DNA from: an uncultured Bacteroidales bacterium
GTDB taxonomy: Bacteria > Bacteroidota > Bacteroidia > Bacteroidales > UBA4417
Direction of reading: 5' to 3'
Assembly: GCA_963802185.1 (NCBI GenBank)
Contig: CAWDHU010000017.1
Location: 278,759 to 342,758 of the forward strand
Length of the DNA stretch: 64,000 bases
Below are positions 29,947-39,961 of the stretch, in pieces (the first letter of the stretch is position 1; the number at the start of each line of letters is the position of its first letter). The translations under genes and the position numbers were made by a program. A model generated the notes under the pieces. The model was not told the origin of the DNA. It worked only from the letters and a program-made list of their open reading frames with translations, and searched no databases.

Positions 29947-30834
29947 ATGAACGACTCTATCATTCGATATCAGTATAACCCGATGCTTACCGATACGGTA
30001 AGTTTCTTCGATTTATGCATTCCGATGATTAATGAGAGCTTACATCCAACCGCAGATTCATTAAAGAAATATTACGATAACAGCATTTACAATTATATAA
30101 CTCCACCGCCTCCTCAAAAGCAATTTATCCAAACTACTTCTGTTTTCAAACCCCATAACCTGGAGCCAAAGCATACAGGGCCATTAGCAATTAACCACCA
30201 AGCCACCAATTGGATCACTCTGGTTTTTCTGGTTTGCATTTTTATATTTGCATGGATACAAACTTCCTATTCGAGAAGACTTCATCAGATATTTCGCGCT
30301 GTTGCCCAACCTCATCATGTTAACCAAATGGAGCGTGACGGAAATATTTTTAAGGAACGAATTGCACTTGGTTTGGGGGTGAATTTTTACCTGATAAGTT
30401 CTATTTTCATTTTCCTTATAATAAATGAATTTAATGCGGTTCCTGTTGGAATACCGAATATGGTTTTCGCGGGAGTCATTTTTATGGGTCTTGTCTTATT
30501 TCAATTAGTAAAATCAACTGCTATCCAAGTTTCAGGTTATATTTTTGGCACATCCGAATCTGCCAGAAAATATCTACTTATCATACTGATATTCAATTAT
30601 ATGATAGGTATAATATTGCTTCCGGTTACTATAATTGCATTCTATTGGAGTAGCTTTAATACGTTAATTGCAGGGATCATAATCATATCATTATTAGCAT
30701 TTTATCGAATTTTAAGAGGCTTTTTAACAGGGCAGGATAACAAGAATTATAGTTTGTTTTATTTATTTTTATACCTTTGCACCCTCGAAATTCTACCCTT
30801 GTTACTTTTATTTAAAGTTTTCACCAAAATTTAG
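29947..30834 (+). CDS. DUF4271-like membrane protein
   Basis: Multiple TM helices, C-terminal FLYLCTLEILP, upstream of hemD. Confidence 0.8.
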   Translation: MNDSIIRYQYNPMLTDTVSFFDLCIPMINESLHPTADSLKKYYDNSIYNYITPPPPQKQFIQTTSVFKPHNLEPKHTGPLAINHQATNWITLVFLVCIFIFAWIQTSYSRRLHQIFRAVAQPHHVNQMERDGNIFKERIALGLGVNFYLISSIFIFLIINEFNAVPVGIPNMVFAGVIFMGLVLFQLVKSTAIQVSGYIFGTSESARKYLLIILIFNYMIGIILLPVTIIAFYWSSFNTLIAGIIIISLLAFYRILRGFLTGQDNKNYSLFYLFLYLCTLEILPLLLLFKVFTKI

Positions 30835-30879
30835 AGCAAAGCCTGCAAATTTTTCTAAACTGTAAAAAACATCATTAAC

Positions 30880-31638
30880 GTGTCGAAAATCAAGAACATA
30901 CTGGTGTCACAACCTGTACCAGCAGATTTGGAAAAATCACCTTATGGTGAAATTATCAAGAAACACGGAGTGAACATTGAATTTGTCAAATTCTTCAAAA
31001 TTGAAGGTGTTTCAGTCCGTGAGTTTCGTGATGAAAAAGTTTATATCAACGAACATACAGCAATCATTTTTAACAGCAAGCACGCTGTTGATCATTTTTT
31101 CAGCATTGCCAAGGATGTCAGGGTTGATATTCCTGAAACCATGAAATACTTCTGTATGTCGGAATCAATTGCTTTCTACCTGCAGAAGTATGTACAATTC
31201 CGCAAACGTAAAATCTTTTTCTCAGAAAATGACGTTTCTCAATTGATGGATCTGATTAAGAAACATAAAACGGAACGTTTTCTATTGCCATGTTCCGACA
31301 ACCGCAGCCGGGAAATGCCTGATTTATTGGATGCTGCAAAAATTAATTACAGCGAAGCTGTATTATACCGCACTGTCCCTGTAGAAATGAGCAGTACTGT
31401 TGACATTACAAAATTCGATATGATGGTTCTCTTTAGCCCTCAGGGAATACGTTCGCTTTTCCACAACTGGCCTGATTTCAAACAAAACAACATTGTAATT
31501 GGTACTTTTGGCGCAACCACAACCAAAGCAGCAACTGAAGCCGGACTAAAAATAGATCTTTCAGCTCCCAGTCCTGCCACTCCATCGATGACAATGGCAA
31601 TTGATGCATATCTGGCAAAATGCCAGAAGAAGTCATAA
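30880..31638 (+). CDS. hemD: Uroporphyrinogen-III synthase (Bacteroidota HemD-like)
   Basis: ILVSQP, SPY, HAVDHFF, FYLQKYVQFRKRKIFF, YRTV, FSPQGI, APSPATPSM; GTG start. Confidence 0.88.
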   Translation: MSKIKNILVSQPVPADLEKSPYGEIIKKHGVNIEFVKFFKIEGVSVREFRDEKVYINEHTAIIFNSKHAVDHFFSIAKDVRVDIPETMKYFCMSESIAFYLQKYVQFRKRKIFFSENDVSQLMDLIKKHKTERFLLPCSDNRSREMPDLLDAAKINYSEAVLYRTVPVEMSSTVDITKFDMMVLFSPQGIRSLFHNWPDFKQNNIVIGTFGATTTKAATEAGLKIDLSAPSPATPSMTMAIDAYLAKCQKKS

Positions 31639-31657
31639 AGACTACTGCAAACTTATT

Positions 31658-31693
31658 AAAACCCCGTTTATCCCTTTATAAACGGGGTTTTTT
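31658..31693 (+). terminator. Terminator after hemD
   Basis: AAAACCCCGTTTAT...ATAAACGGGGTTTTT. Confidence 0.85.
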
Positions 31694-31773
31694 AATGATA
31701 TTTAACTTTAAAATACTCATAAACCTCAAAGTTGGCTCGGGAAATCATTAATTTTGCATTGTTATAAAACCCG

Positions 31774-32181
31774 ATGATTAGCTCTGTTAAAATAAACACT
31801 TTCAGGAAACCAGAAAAAATCTGCAATCAAAACCAGATCGACAATCTGTTTCATGATGGCAAATCCTTTAAATCAGGAGTATTTAAACTGATCTTTGTGG
31901 AAACTGAAACTCTGGGAAGGCCACCAGTCCAGGTGTTGGTAGCAGTTCCAAAAAAAAATCTTCGCCATGCAGTGGATCGCAATAGGATGAAACGCTTGAT
32001 ACGTGAAGCATACAGATTGAACAAACATACAATCCTGGATAAATATTCAGAAACTGGAAACCATGTGGATATTGCATTTATCTTTCTGGGCAAACAGCCT
32101 GTTTCACAGGCAGAAACCATAGCAGCAATAAATATCTTACTGGATCGTTTAATAAATGAGCATGAAAAAAATTCTGAGTAA
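31774..32181 (+). CDS. rnpA: Ribonuclease P protein component
   Basis: [27 protein letters not shown] (RNR motif). Confidence 0.93.
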   Translation: MISSVKINTFRKPEKICNQNQIDNLFHDGKSFKSGVFKLIFVETETLGRPPVQVLVAVPKKNLRHAVDRNRMKRLIREAYRLNKHTILDKYSETGNHVDIAFIFLGKQPVSQAETIAAINILLDRLINEHEKNSE

Positions 32182-32383
32182 AATAATGATAGGTGGCATC
32201 CGGTTTTACCAGTATGCCATTTCTCCGTATTTGCCACCATCGTGTCGTTATACACCATCCTGCTCTGCCTATGGAATTGAAGCACTCAGGAAACATGGAC
32301 CTTTTAAAGGTGGATGGCTTACCATTAAAAGAGTCGCTTCATGCAATCCATGGGGAGGAAGTGGATATGATCCTGTGCCTTGA
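32162..32383 (+). CDS. yidD: Membrane protein insertion efficiency factor
   Basis: [17 protein letters not shown]...HG..KG.WL...[13 protein letters not shown]. Confidence 0.95.
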   Translation: MKKILSKIMIGGIRFYQYAISPYLPPSCRYTPSCSAYGIEALRKHGPFKGGWLTIKRVASCNPWGGSGYDPVP

Positions 32384-32533
32384 AAGGGAGTTTACAGAAA
32401 ACAGTAATTAGGAAAATAGTTAAAAGATATATTTTACCAAAAACAAAAAGTGCTGATAGTTTGTTTTTTGGAGTTGTATACAGAAGCCTGTATAAAGTAG
32501 TTAAGAATGAATTACACTTTAAAAATCACCGAA

Positions 32534-34252
32534 ATGAAACATAGAATTATTTTAGGGTTGAATGCAATTGTGCTCATGACGATATTAGTCGCATTTACCC
32601 CAACCTCAACACTTAAAGCTCAAACTTCACCTGATTTTGAAATTTCAAAAAACCTTGAGATCCTGTCAACACTATATAAAGAACTCAATGTCAACTATGT
32701 AGACGGAGTTAATCCCTCTGATCTGATGAAAACTGGTATTGATGCCATGCTCGACAAGCTGGATCCTTACACTGTATATATACCGGAATCAGAAATTGAA
32801 GATTACAGGTTTATGACTACCGGTGAATATGGTGGAATCGGCTCGCTTATTCACAAACAAGGTGACTACGTGATTATTTCAGAACCTTACGAAAATTCAC
32901 CGGCACAAAAATCAGGGCTTAAAGCAGGTGACAAAATATTGAAAATCAATGACAAGAGCGCTTCAGGAAAATCTGTCGAAGATGTTAGCGCTGTGTTGAA
33001 AGGACAGCCCGGAACCAGTTTTAAACTTCTTATCGAGCGCGCAGGTGAACCTAACCCTCTGACTTTTGACATTGTACGCGAAAAAATCACTATTGATCCG
33101 GTTCCATATTACGGCATGGTCGAAGGCAGCAAATTTGGTTATATTAAACTCAACAGTTTCACCCAAACTGCTTCTGAAGATGTAAAAAAAGCCCTGCTCG
33201 ATCTTAAATCAAAAAATGCGCTCACTGGCCTTGTACTTGACTTACGGGACAACGGCGGCGGATTATTAACTGAAGCCGTCAATATTGTTAATCTATTCGT
33301 GAAGAAAAATGAATTGGTAGTTTCAACTAAAGGAAAACAAAAAGATAAAAACCGCAGTTATCAAACCAGCACGGAGCCAGTTGATACAAATATTCCTTTA
33401 GTAGTTCTTGTAAACGGCAATAGTGCTTCTGCATCTGAGATTGTTGCCGGCGCTTTGCAGGATCTTGACCGTGCCGTAATTGTTGGCCACCGTACTTATG
33501 GGAAAGGATTGGTTCAAAATGTTTTTCCGCTCAGCTACAATACTCAGGTAAAAATAACTGTTGCCAAGTATTATATTCCAAGTGGCCGCTGCATACAGGA
33601 AATTGATTATGCACATCGTAATGCTGCAGGTGTTACCGGCAATGTTCCCGATTCGCTGATAACTGCCTATAAAACCTTACATGGGCGTACAGTATATGAT
33701 GGAAAAGGAATTGCTCCTGATGTTGAAACAGATTCATCAAGGCTTAGCACGATTTCGTATAACCTGATAATCCAGTATATGCTGTTTGATTATGCCACCA
33801 AATATGCCGCTTCTCACCCAACTATCCCACCAGCAAGCGATTTCAGACTGAGTGATTCCGATTACAATGACTTTATTGCTTTTACTGAAAAGAAAGGCTT
33901 TGAGTTTAAGACTGTTGCCGAAAAAGAACTGGAAACGGTCAAAAAAGCAGCTATTTACGAAAAAAGCTGGGATTCTATGAAATCACAATATGATTCGATG
34001 CTTGAAGCTATAGTTTCGCATAAGAAAAAAGATATCATGGAAAACAAACCGGAAATTGAAGATATCCTGCAACAGGAAATTGTAAGCCGTTATTATTATC
34101 AGAAAGGGCGTATTGAATCCACATTGAGTGATGACCCTGAACTGAAGAGTGCCGTTAAAGTATTGAATGACACTGGTACATACACCTCAATACTGGATGG
34201 AACTCTTATAAAAGCTGATAAACAGTCGAAACCTTATAAATCTCAGAACTAA
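32534..34252 (+). CDS. S41 C-terminal processing peptidase (CtpA/Prc-like)
   Basis: LDPYT, PDZ (GGIG), DLRDNGGG, SASASEIV, TYGKGLVQ, KYYIPSGRCIQ. Confidence 0.94.
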   Translation: MKHRIILGLNAIVLMTILVAFTPTSTLKAQTSPDFEISKNLEILSTLYKELNVNYVDGVNPSDLMKTGIDAMLDKLDPYTVYIPESEIEDYRFMTTGEYGGIGSLIHKQGDYVIISEPYENSPAQKSGLKAGDKILKINDKSASGKSVEDVSAVLKGQPGTSFKLLIERAGEPNPLTFDIVREKITIDPVPYYGMVEGSKFGYIKLNSFTQTASEDVKKALLDLKSKNALTGLVLDLRDNGGGLLTEAVNIVNLFVKKNELVVSTKGKQKDKNRSYQTSTEPVDTNIPLVVLVNGNSASASEIVAGALQDLDRAVIVGHRTYGKGLVQNVFPLSYNTQVKITVAKYYIPSGRCIQEIDYAHRNAAGVTGNVPDSLITAYKTLHGRTVYDGKGIAPDVETDSSRLSTISYNLIIQYMLFDYATKYAASHPTIPPASDFRLSDSDYNDFIAFTEKKGFEFKTVAEKELETVKKAAIYEKSWDSMKSQYDSMLEAIVSHKKKDIMENKPEIEDILQQEIVSRYYYQKGRIESTLSDDPELKSAVKVLNDTGTYTSILDGTLIKADKQSKPYKSQN

Positions 34253-34264
34253 CTGTAGATACAA

Positions 34265-35956
34265 ATGCAGATTAAAACTGGGGAATGGTGGCCTCCGCGA
34301 TACATTACAATGTACTTCATCTCCTTGGCATTACTTGTAGCGTCGTTGCCCTTGTCGAAATTCACAATGAGCTTCTTCCAGTTCAGCACTTTGGTTTTCT
34401 GGTTATGGCATGGCGTAGATACTGATTTCCTTAAAAAATATCCTTCATCCAGTTTATTAAATCCGGTTAACCTGGCCATGTTTCTTGGCGAAGTTATAAA
34501 AAACGGGTTTCATGCCCTGCTACAGAAGTTTGTTCAGTTTTTCAGGAACAAACCAGCAATGGTTATTTCGTCAATCCTGGTTTTACATGTAATCGGCCTT
34601 ATTTATACTACCGATTTCAATTATGCGCTTAAAGATCTTCGCACAAAATTACCGATTTTCATTTTACCGCTGTTTATAGCAACCGGCCCACGTATAAGCA
34701 CACGAACATTTTATTGGCTTCTGGCTGTCTTTGTTGCTGCTGTTGTCGGGGGAAGCATATACAGGCTTATCCTCTTCCTTAATCTGCCGGTGGCCGACAG
34801 CCGGGCAATGGAAGCGCACACCTCGCATATCCGGTATAGCCTCAATGCGGTTTTCGCTGGATTCATACTTATTTTCTTTGTTTATAAGAAAGGCATATTA
34901 AATACACGCCTTAAAATCGCATTGATTCTAGTTGCAACATGGCTGGTTGGATTTATGATTTACATGAATTACTCCACTGGAATATTACTGTTTGCTTTTA
35001 TAAGTTTCCTGTTACTGCTCTATTTTACTTTTAAAATAAAAGGTATAATATTGAAAGCAGCTATGCTTTTGGTGATTGGAGCAGTAATCATTTTACCGTT
35101 AACCTATGTTTTGCTCATGGGTAATAAATATATGAATACGCCTGCTGTTGAATTTTCGAAACTGGACAAGTTTACGCCTCGCGGCAATTCATATTACCAC
35201 GATACCGTAAATTTCAAATCTCATAACGGCAAATGGATAGGGCTCTATATCTGTGATAAAGAGTTACGGCAAGAATGGACCCAAAGAAGCAAACTTCCAC
35301 TCGACGGTTACAATCAAAAAAAACAAATGAACCGTTATACGCTGATAAGGTACCTTTCTTCAAAAGATCTGAGAAAAGACGCGGATGGCATTAACCAACT
35401 TAATGATTCTGATATACTTAACATTGAACAAGGAATCGACAGGTTCGATTACAACCATCTGCCAGGGCTCAGAAGCCAGGTTGAAGACTTTATTATAAGC
35501 TATCACCGATATGTTAACCTGAACGACCCAAACTCAAGTTCGATGATTCAACGTTTCGAATATTGGCGCACGTCCCTTTTACTAATAAAGCAACATCCTG
35601 TTATCGGCGTTGGCACAGGCGATCTGCCGCAAGCTTTTGAAAATCAATACCATAAAATGAATTCAAACCTGGCCAGTCAATACCGGTTGCGTTCACACAA
35701 TCAATACCTTTCCATAACAGTGGCATTTGGAATATTCGGCTTAGCCTGGTTCCTGTTTGCTATGTTTTACCCGGGTCTGAAAACCGGAAATTTCAATAAT
35801 TACTTCTATCTGATATTCTGGCTCATATTTATGATTTCGATGCTGACTGAAGATACCATTGAGAGCCAGGAGGGAGTTACTTTTTATGTTTTGTTTACAG
35901 CACTTATGATTTTAGGAAGAGAAAAGGAAGAACCATCAGAATTTTTAATTGATTGA
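34265..35956 (+). CDS. O-antigen ligase/Wzy_C-family membrane protein
   Basis: Many TMs, R..YW, GVGTGD, SHNQYL..G..G. Confidence 0.8.
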   Translation: MQIKTGEWWPPRYITMYFISLALLVASLPLSKFTMSFFQFSTLVFWLWHGVDTDFLKKYPSSSLLNPVNLAMFLGEVIKNGFHALLQKFVQFFRNKPAMVISSILVLHVIGLIYTTDFNYALKDLRTKLPIFILPLFIATGPRISTRTFYWLLAVFVAAVVGGSIYRLILFLNLPVADSRAMEAHTSHIRYSLNAVFAGFILIFFVYKKGILNTRLKIALILVATWLVGFMIYMNYSTGILLFAFISFLLLLYFTFKIKGIILKAAMLLVIGAVIILPLTYVLLMGNKYMNTPAVEFSKLDKFTPRGNSYYHDTVNFKSHNGKWIGLYICDKELRQEWTQRSKLPLDGYNQKKQMNRYTLIRYLSSKDLRKDADGINQLNDSDILNIEQGIDRFDYNHLPGLRSQVEDFIISYHRYVNLNDPNSSSMIQRFEYWRTSLLLIKQHPVIGVGTGDLPQAFENQYHKMNSNLASQYRLRSHNQYLSITVAFGIFGLAWFLFAMFYPGLKTGNFNNYFYLIFWLIFMISMLTEDTIESQEGVTFYVLFTALMILGREKEEPSEFLID

Positions 35957-36096
35957 TATAATGTAACTTAAAATAATATTTGTGATCCTTTAAGATATTT
36001 ACATAAATATCAGGAACAGATTACTGCTGTTTTTATACGTATATCTATAGAAACCTGATAATTTTCAAGTACATTTATCCCCTATTTTATCATCCT

Positions 36097-36585
36097 ATGA
36101 CAAAACACACATTAACAGTAGCGTACACAGAGTTTTCGGAGCTTTCACAACTGGCTGCAGAAGACAGAAAACTTCTGAAAGAAGCCTGGGGTGCGTGCGA
36201 CTCCGCCTATGCTCCTTATTCGCAGTTTCATGTAGGCGCTGCAGTTCTACTGGCCAATGATCTGACTTTCAAAGGGAACAACCAGGAAAATGCAGCATAT
36301 CCTTCGGGAATATGTGCTGAAAGAGTAGCTGTTTTTTCTGCTTCAGCCACTTATCCCGGCATCCCTATTAAAACGATTGCTGTAGTTGCTAAAACGAGTG
36401 TTTTTAACCATGCAAACCCTGTTACACCATGTGGCGCTTGCAGACAAGTGATTGCTGAATACGAAAAACTGGCGGGCGAGCCAATCAGGATCATCTTACA
36501 GGGAAACTCAGAGAAAGTATGGTTGATTGACGGAATCACTAATCTTCTGCCATTGATGTTTGATGGCGGAGGACTTAAGAAATGA
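36097..36585 (+). CDS. cdd: Cytidine deaminase
   Basis: AYAPYSQFHVGAA, NQENAAYP, CAERVA, PCGACRQ. Confidence 0.95.
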   Translation: MTKHTLTVAYTEFSELSQLAAEDRKLLKEAWGACDSAYAPYSQFHVGAAVLLANDLTFKGNNQENAAYPSGICAERVAVFSASATYPGIPIKTIAVVAKTSVFNHANPVTPCGACRQVIAEYEKLAGEPIRIILQGNSEKVWLIDGITNLLPLMFDGGGLKK

Positions 36586-36837
36586 AATTACTTAATCTAA
36601 AAAGATAGAAGTTATTTTTTGTTTCAGCGTTTCAGAGGTTCACGTTGTCCAATCCGTAACATAACAACTCTAACCTGAAATAAATTATTTTTTGATCTTT
36701 GTAACCTCTTCCAAAAAAATCACTTTTATAATCCAGGAATATTCCTAAATAGTAAATAAACCAAACCCTAAAGCTCTTTAACTCTTAATCATTATTACTT
36801 TTGTTTAAGCCACTTAACTCTTAAATTTTAAATCAAA

Positions 36838-37704
36838 ATGAAAAAAATCCTCCTTCTAAGTATTGCGATAATCACGCTTCTATCCATGAAAAACGATAAA
36901 CCGGCTTACCGGCTGTTTGATCAGAATGGTAAAAATGCTTCGTACAAAGATTTGTTGAAAGAAGCCTCAAAGGCTGATATTGTATTTTTTGGCGAGTTGC
37001 ATAACAACCCGATCTGTCATTGGCTAGAATATGAACTGACTGCCGACCTGTATGCTGCAAGAGGTAAGAACCTTATACTTGGAGCTGAGATGTTTGAGGC
37101 AGATAACCAATTGATTGTGAACGAATACCTCGCCGGGTTAATAAAAGATAAAAGCTTTGAAGCAGAAGCCCGACTTTGGCCAAATTACAAGACCGATTAC
37201 AAACCGCTTCTCAACTTTGCACGCGACAGCAGTATTGCTTTTATCGCCACCAATATTCCCCGCCGTTATGCGGCAATGGTAAATAAAAGTGGGTTCGAAG
37301 CGCTGAATACACTTGATAAAGAGGCATACCAGTTTATTGCTCCCTTACCACTTAAGTACGACTCGACACTGAGCTGTTATGCCGACATGTATAAAATGAT
37401 GGGTGATTCGCCTTCTCATGCTACCAGCAACCTGGCCTGTGCCCAGAACAGCAAAGATGCTACTATGGCATATTTTATCTTGAAGAATTTTACCAAAGGG
37501 AAGACTTTCCTTCATTTTGACGGCAGCTACCATAGCGATCGGTTTCAAAGTATTATCTGGCATTTGAAGCAGGCAGATCCATCCCTTAAAATCGTAACTA
37601 TTTCATCTGTAGAACAAGCAGATATGGATGAACTAACAAAAGAATCAGAGGGTCTTGCAAATTTCATTATTGTCGTGCCTGAATCAATGACGAAAACGCA
37701 ATAA
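36838..37704 (+). CDS. ChaN-like (iron-regulated) exported protein
   Basis: FFGELHN, GAEMFE, WPNYKTDYKPL, TNIPRR, KDATMA, GSYHSD. Confidence 0.75.
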   Translation: MKKILLLSIAIITLLSMKNDKPAYRLFDQNGKNASYKDLLKEASKADIVFFGELHNNPICHWLEYELTADLYAARGKNLILGAEMFEADNQLIVNEYLAGLIKDKSFEAEARLWPNYKTDYKPLLNFARDSSIAFIATNIPRRYAAMVNKSGFEALNTLDKEAYQFIAPLPLKYDSTLSCYADMYKMMGDSPSHATSNLACAQNSKDATMAYFILKNFTKGKTFLHFDGSYHSDRFQSIIWHLKQADPSLKIVTISSVEQADMDELTKESEGLANFIIVVPESMTKTQ

Positions 37705-37749
37705 GTTTCTGCTGTAGCTAAGTGGAGATAAATTATCAATCCTAAATAC

Positions 37750-37782
37750 AAAAGCCGGCCCATTTTATTGGACCGGCTTTTT
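37750..37782. terminator. Bidirectional terminator
   Basis: AAAAGCCGG...CCGGCTTTTT. Confidence 0.75.
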
Positions 37783-37839
37783 AACTTGTTTTATTTGTAT
37801 TTATGAAACCATATCTTTCCCGTTCGTAAAAAATTCTGA

Positions 37840-38307
37840 TCAGGTATATTCTACGCCCTTTTCCTTTGCAATATATTCAATAGTAGCTTTAATATCTTTT
37901 ATTAATAAATAGTCAAGCTTCGATAAATTCAAAGTTAGTGATGTACCTTCATTCCTGGTTATCTGGCATCTGACGGGTTTGTTAGAAATTGATTTAATTT
38001 CCTGCCAGGCAATGTTTTGCTCTTTGGCAAAAATGCTCGTCTTAATAGCAATTCCTGCATTATCTACCAAAACGAAAGCTCTGCCAAATAGCCGTGCTAA
38101 CGAAAACCCAAAGCCTTCAACTGAATGAACAACCCCATTTAATATAAATATTCCAAAAAACACCCAATCGAATGGCCTGATCAGTTGCAGATTAATTTCC
38201 TTTTCAGCAATCCATATAACAGCAATTATAAGAAAAAGTAATCCCAGGATAATTCTAAAAATTGATTTTTTTTCAATTTTCAATAAATCACGTTTTAATT
38301 CCATCAT
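37840..38307 (-). CDS. Hypothetical two-TM protein with a PH-like C-terminal domain
   Basis: Two TM helices followed by the I.WQEIKSI pattern. Confidence 0.65.
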   Translation of the reverse strand: MMELKRDLLKIEKKSIFRIILGLLFLIIAVIWIAEKEINLQLIRPFDWVFFGIFILNGVVHSVEGFGFSLARLFGRAFVLVDNAGIAIKTSIFAKEQNIAWQEIKSISNKPVRCQITRNEGTSLTLNLSKLDYLLIKDIKATIEYIAKEKGVEYT

Positions 38308-38397
38308 TCTTCAAAATTAAGGGATGTTTCAATTATATCGAGACAAGAGCAGGGCTTTAAAAGCAAAAAATAACTATATAAAGGAAGTCTTTTATAA

Positions 38398-38793
38398 TTA
38401 AACGAATGTGAACATCAGGTTAACAAAGAAATTCCAGAATGTTACCAGCCCCATTGCAAAAAGTTTGGATGTATAGAAATTCCGGTTTCGTTTGCTGACA
38501 AGCAACCAGATGATCGCTGTATTCATTCCTAATCCCACAAGAGACACTAATAGAAACCTCGAATACTCCATTGCCAGTTCCGGATTATTGCTGTGAAATG
38601 TCCACCAACGATTCAGAAAATAATTACTTGTCGCTCCAAATGTAAAACCAATGGCATTGGCAATATATTTTTGAATTTTTATCTGTTCCTTCGATACCCA
38701 GGTAAATCCAAAATCAACAACTACACCTGTTGCACCAACTGCTCCGAACTTTAAGAATTTAACTAAAACGGCCTGGGTAAAATATTGTAGCAT
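38398..38793 (-). CDS. GtrA-family membrane protein
   Basis: KFLKFGAVGATGVVVDF, ANAIGF, NYFLNRWWTF, WNFFVNLMFTF. Start at 38793. Confidence 0.9.
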   Translation of the reverse strand: MLQYFTQAVLVKFLKFGAVGATGVVVDFGFTWVSKEQIKIQKYIANAIGFTFGATSNYFLNRWWTFHSNNPELAMEYSRFLLVSLVGLGMNTAIIWLLVSKRNRNFYTSKLFAMGLVTFWNFFVNLMFTFV

Positions 38794-38947
38794 AGGCGGC
38801 AAAGATATGGAAAAACTTTTTTCTGTTGAGTACTTGGAATTAAACCATATCATTCAGTGTCGCCTGGTTAATGGAAAAAGTGTGTCTCAACTACTCTTTC
38901 ATGCTGAAGTCCAATAGGACGGCAAACGCAAGTTATTGTATTTAGCA

Positions 38948-39961
38948 CTATAACTTTTGGTATTCAAACGAGGGATATCCTTTTTGCAGCCTGTTATTCA
39001 GGAATTTATAAAACCCGATAAACCTGAGTTTATACAGAAATCCTTTGTTGTCGCGTATTATATAGCTGAGGTCAGAATTTACAGAATAGGTGCCAGCGTC
39101 AAAATCATATTTTTTCCAATCGTACCCTATTTTGTCCGCTTGTTTAGTGAAATCCATCGATTGTGCCATTTCAAAGTTTATATCCTGGAATGGAGTAACC
39201 GAATCTAAAGCAACATAGGTTAATTTAGGATTAAGTAAAACACCGGTAACAAGATACGGATATGGATCACCTACATCAGTATACAGCAGTGTAGTATATT
39301 GGCTGAACAACAAATCCCAGGAATTATTAGCGGGTTCATTAATTATTGTCGTAGGACTGGAAATTGAAAACAACTTATGATTTACATCGCTCTGTTTCCT
39401 TATGGAGTATGATTGCGGATTCGTTCCGTTAAAAGCAGCCAAACGGAAATAATAGGTTCCATTAACCAGGCTATCTATGACCAATTGATTAAAACCTCGT
39501 GGATTACCATTCACATCAACACCCCTATCGATCAATAACAGCCGGCTGGTTCCTATGGTATCATTGCCATTTACATTAAACCACTGGCCAATTGCCACAG
39601 AATCAGCGCTACCATCCGAAGGGTTAAACAGCCAGGTGGCTCCTGTTGTATCAACCATTGAGCCAAAAACCTGTCCGGCCAGGTAAGCTGATTTCATAAA
39701 ACAACTGCTATTCAGTATTACACGCCAACCGGAAGGAGAGCCTTCGAATCCAAGGTCCCAGACTGTTCTGATATTTGAACTCTCCACCGCACTATCGTAC
39801 AGGTTGTAATAAACCTGGTATTTATACGAATCAGTAAGTGAAACGGTATCTGTAATAAAATTTCCCGGCGTATGAGGAGTGATAGGTTCATCCTCTTTAA
39901 AACAAGATGATACCAGTATGGTAAGTGCTAGAATTGTGAAGCTAAGGAGGAGTCGTAACAT
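38948..39961 (-). CDS. HmuY-like lipoprotein (two HmuY-type modules)
   Basis: Lipobox LVSSC; WDLGF and WDLLFSQY; IGYDWK; YKLRFIGFY...GYPSFEYQKL. Overlaps the TBDT stop. Confidence 0.8.
   Translation of the reverse strand: MLRLLLSFTILALTILVSSCFKEDEPITPHTPGNFITDTVSLTDSYKYQVYYNLYDSAVESSNIRTVWDLGFEGSPSGWRVILNSSCFMKSAYLAGQVFGSMVDTTGATWLFNPSDGSADSVAIGQWFNVNGNDTIGTSRLLLIDRGVDVNGNPRGFNQLVIDSLVNGTYYFRLAAFNGTNPQSYSIRKQSDVNHKLFSISSPTTIINEPANNSWDLLFSQYTTLLYTDVGDPYPYLVTGVLLNPKLTYVALDSVTPFQDINFEMAQSMDFTKQADKIGYDWKKYDFDAGTYSVNSDLSYIIRDNKGFLYKLRFIGFYKFLNNRLQKGYPSFEYQKL

Noticed and set aside
36700-36730. Possible fourth ECF promoter (TGTAAC) upstream of the ChaN-like gene
   Set aside because: There is no CGT at the 17-nt spacing.
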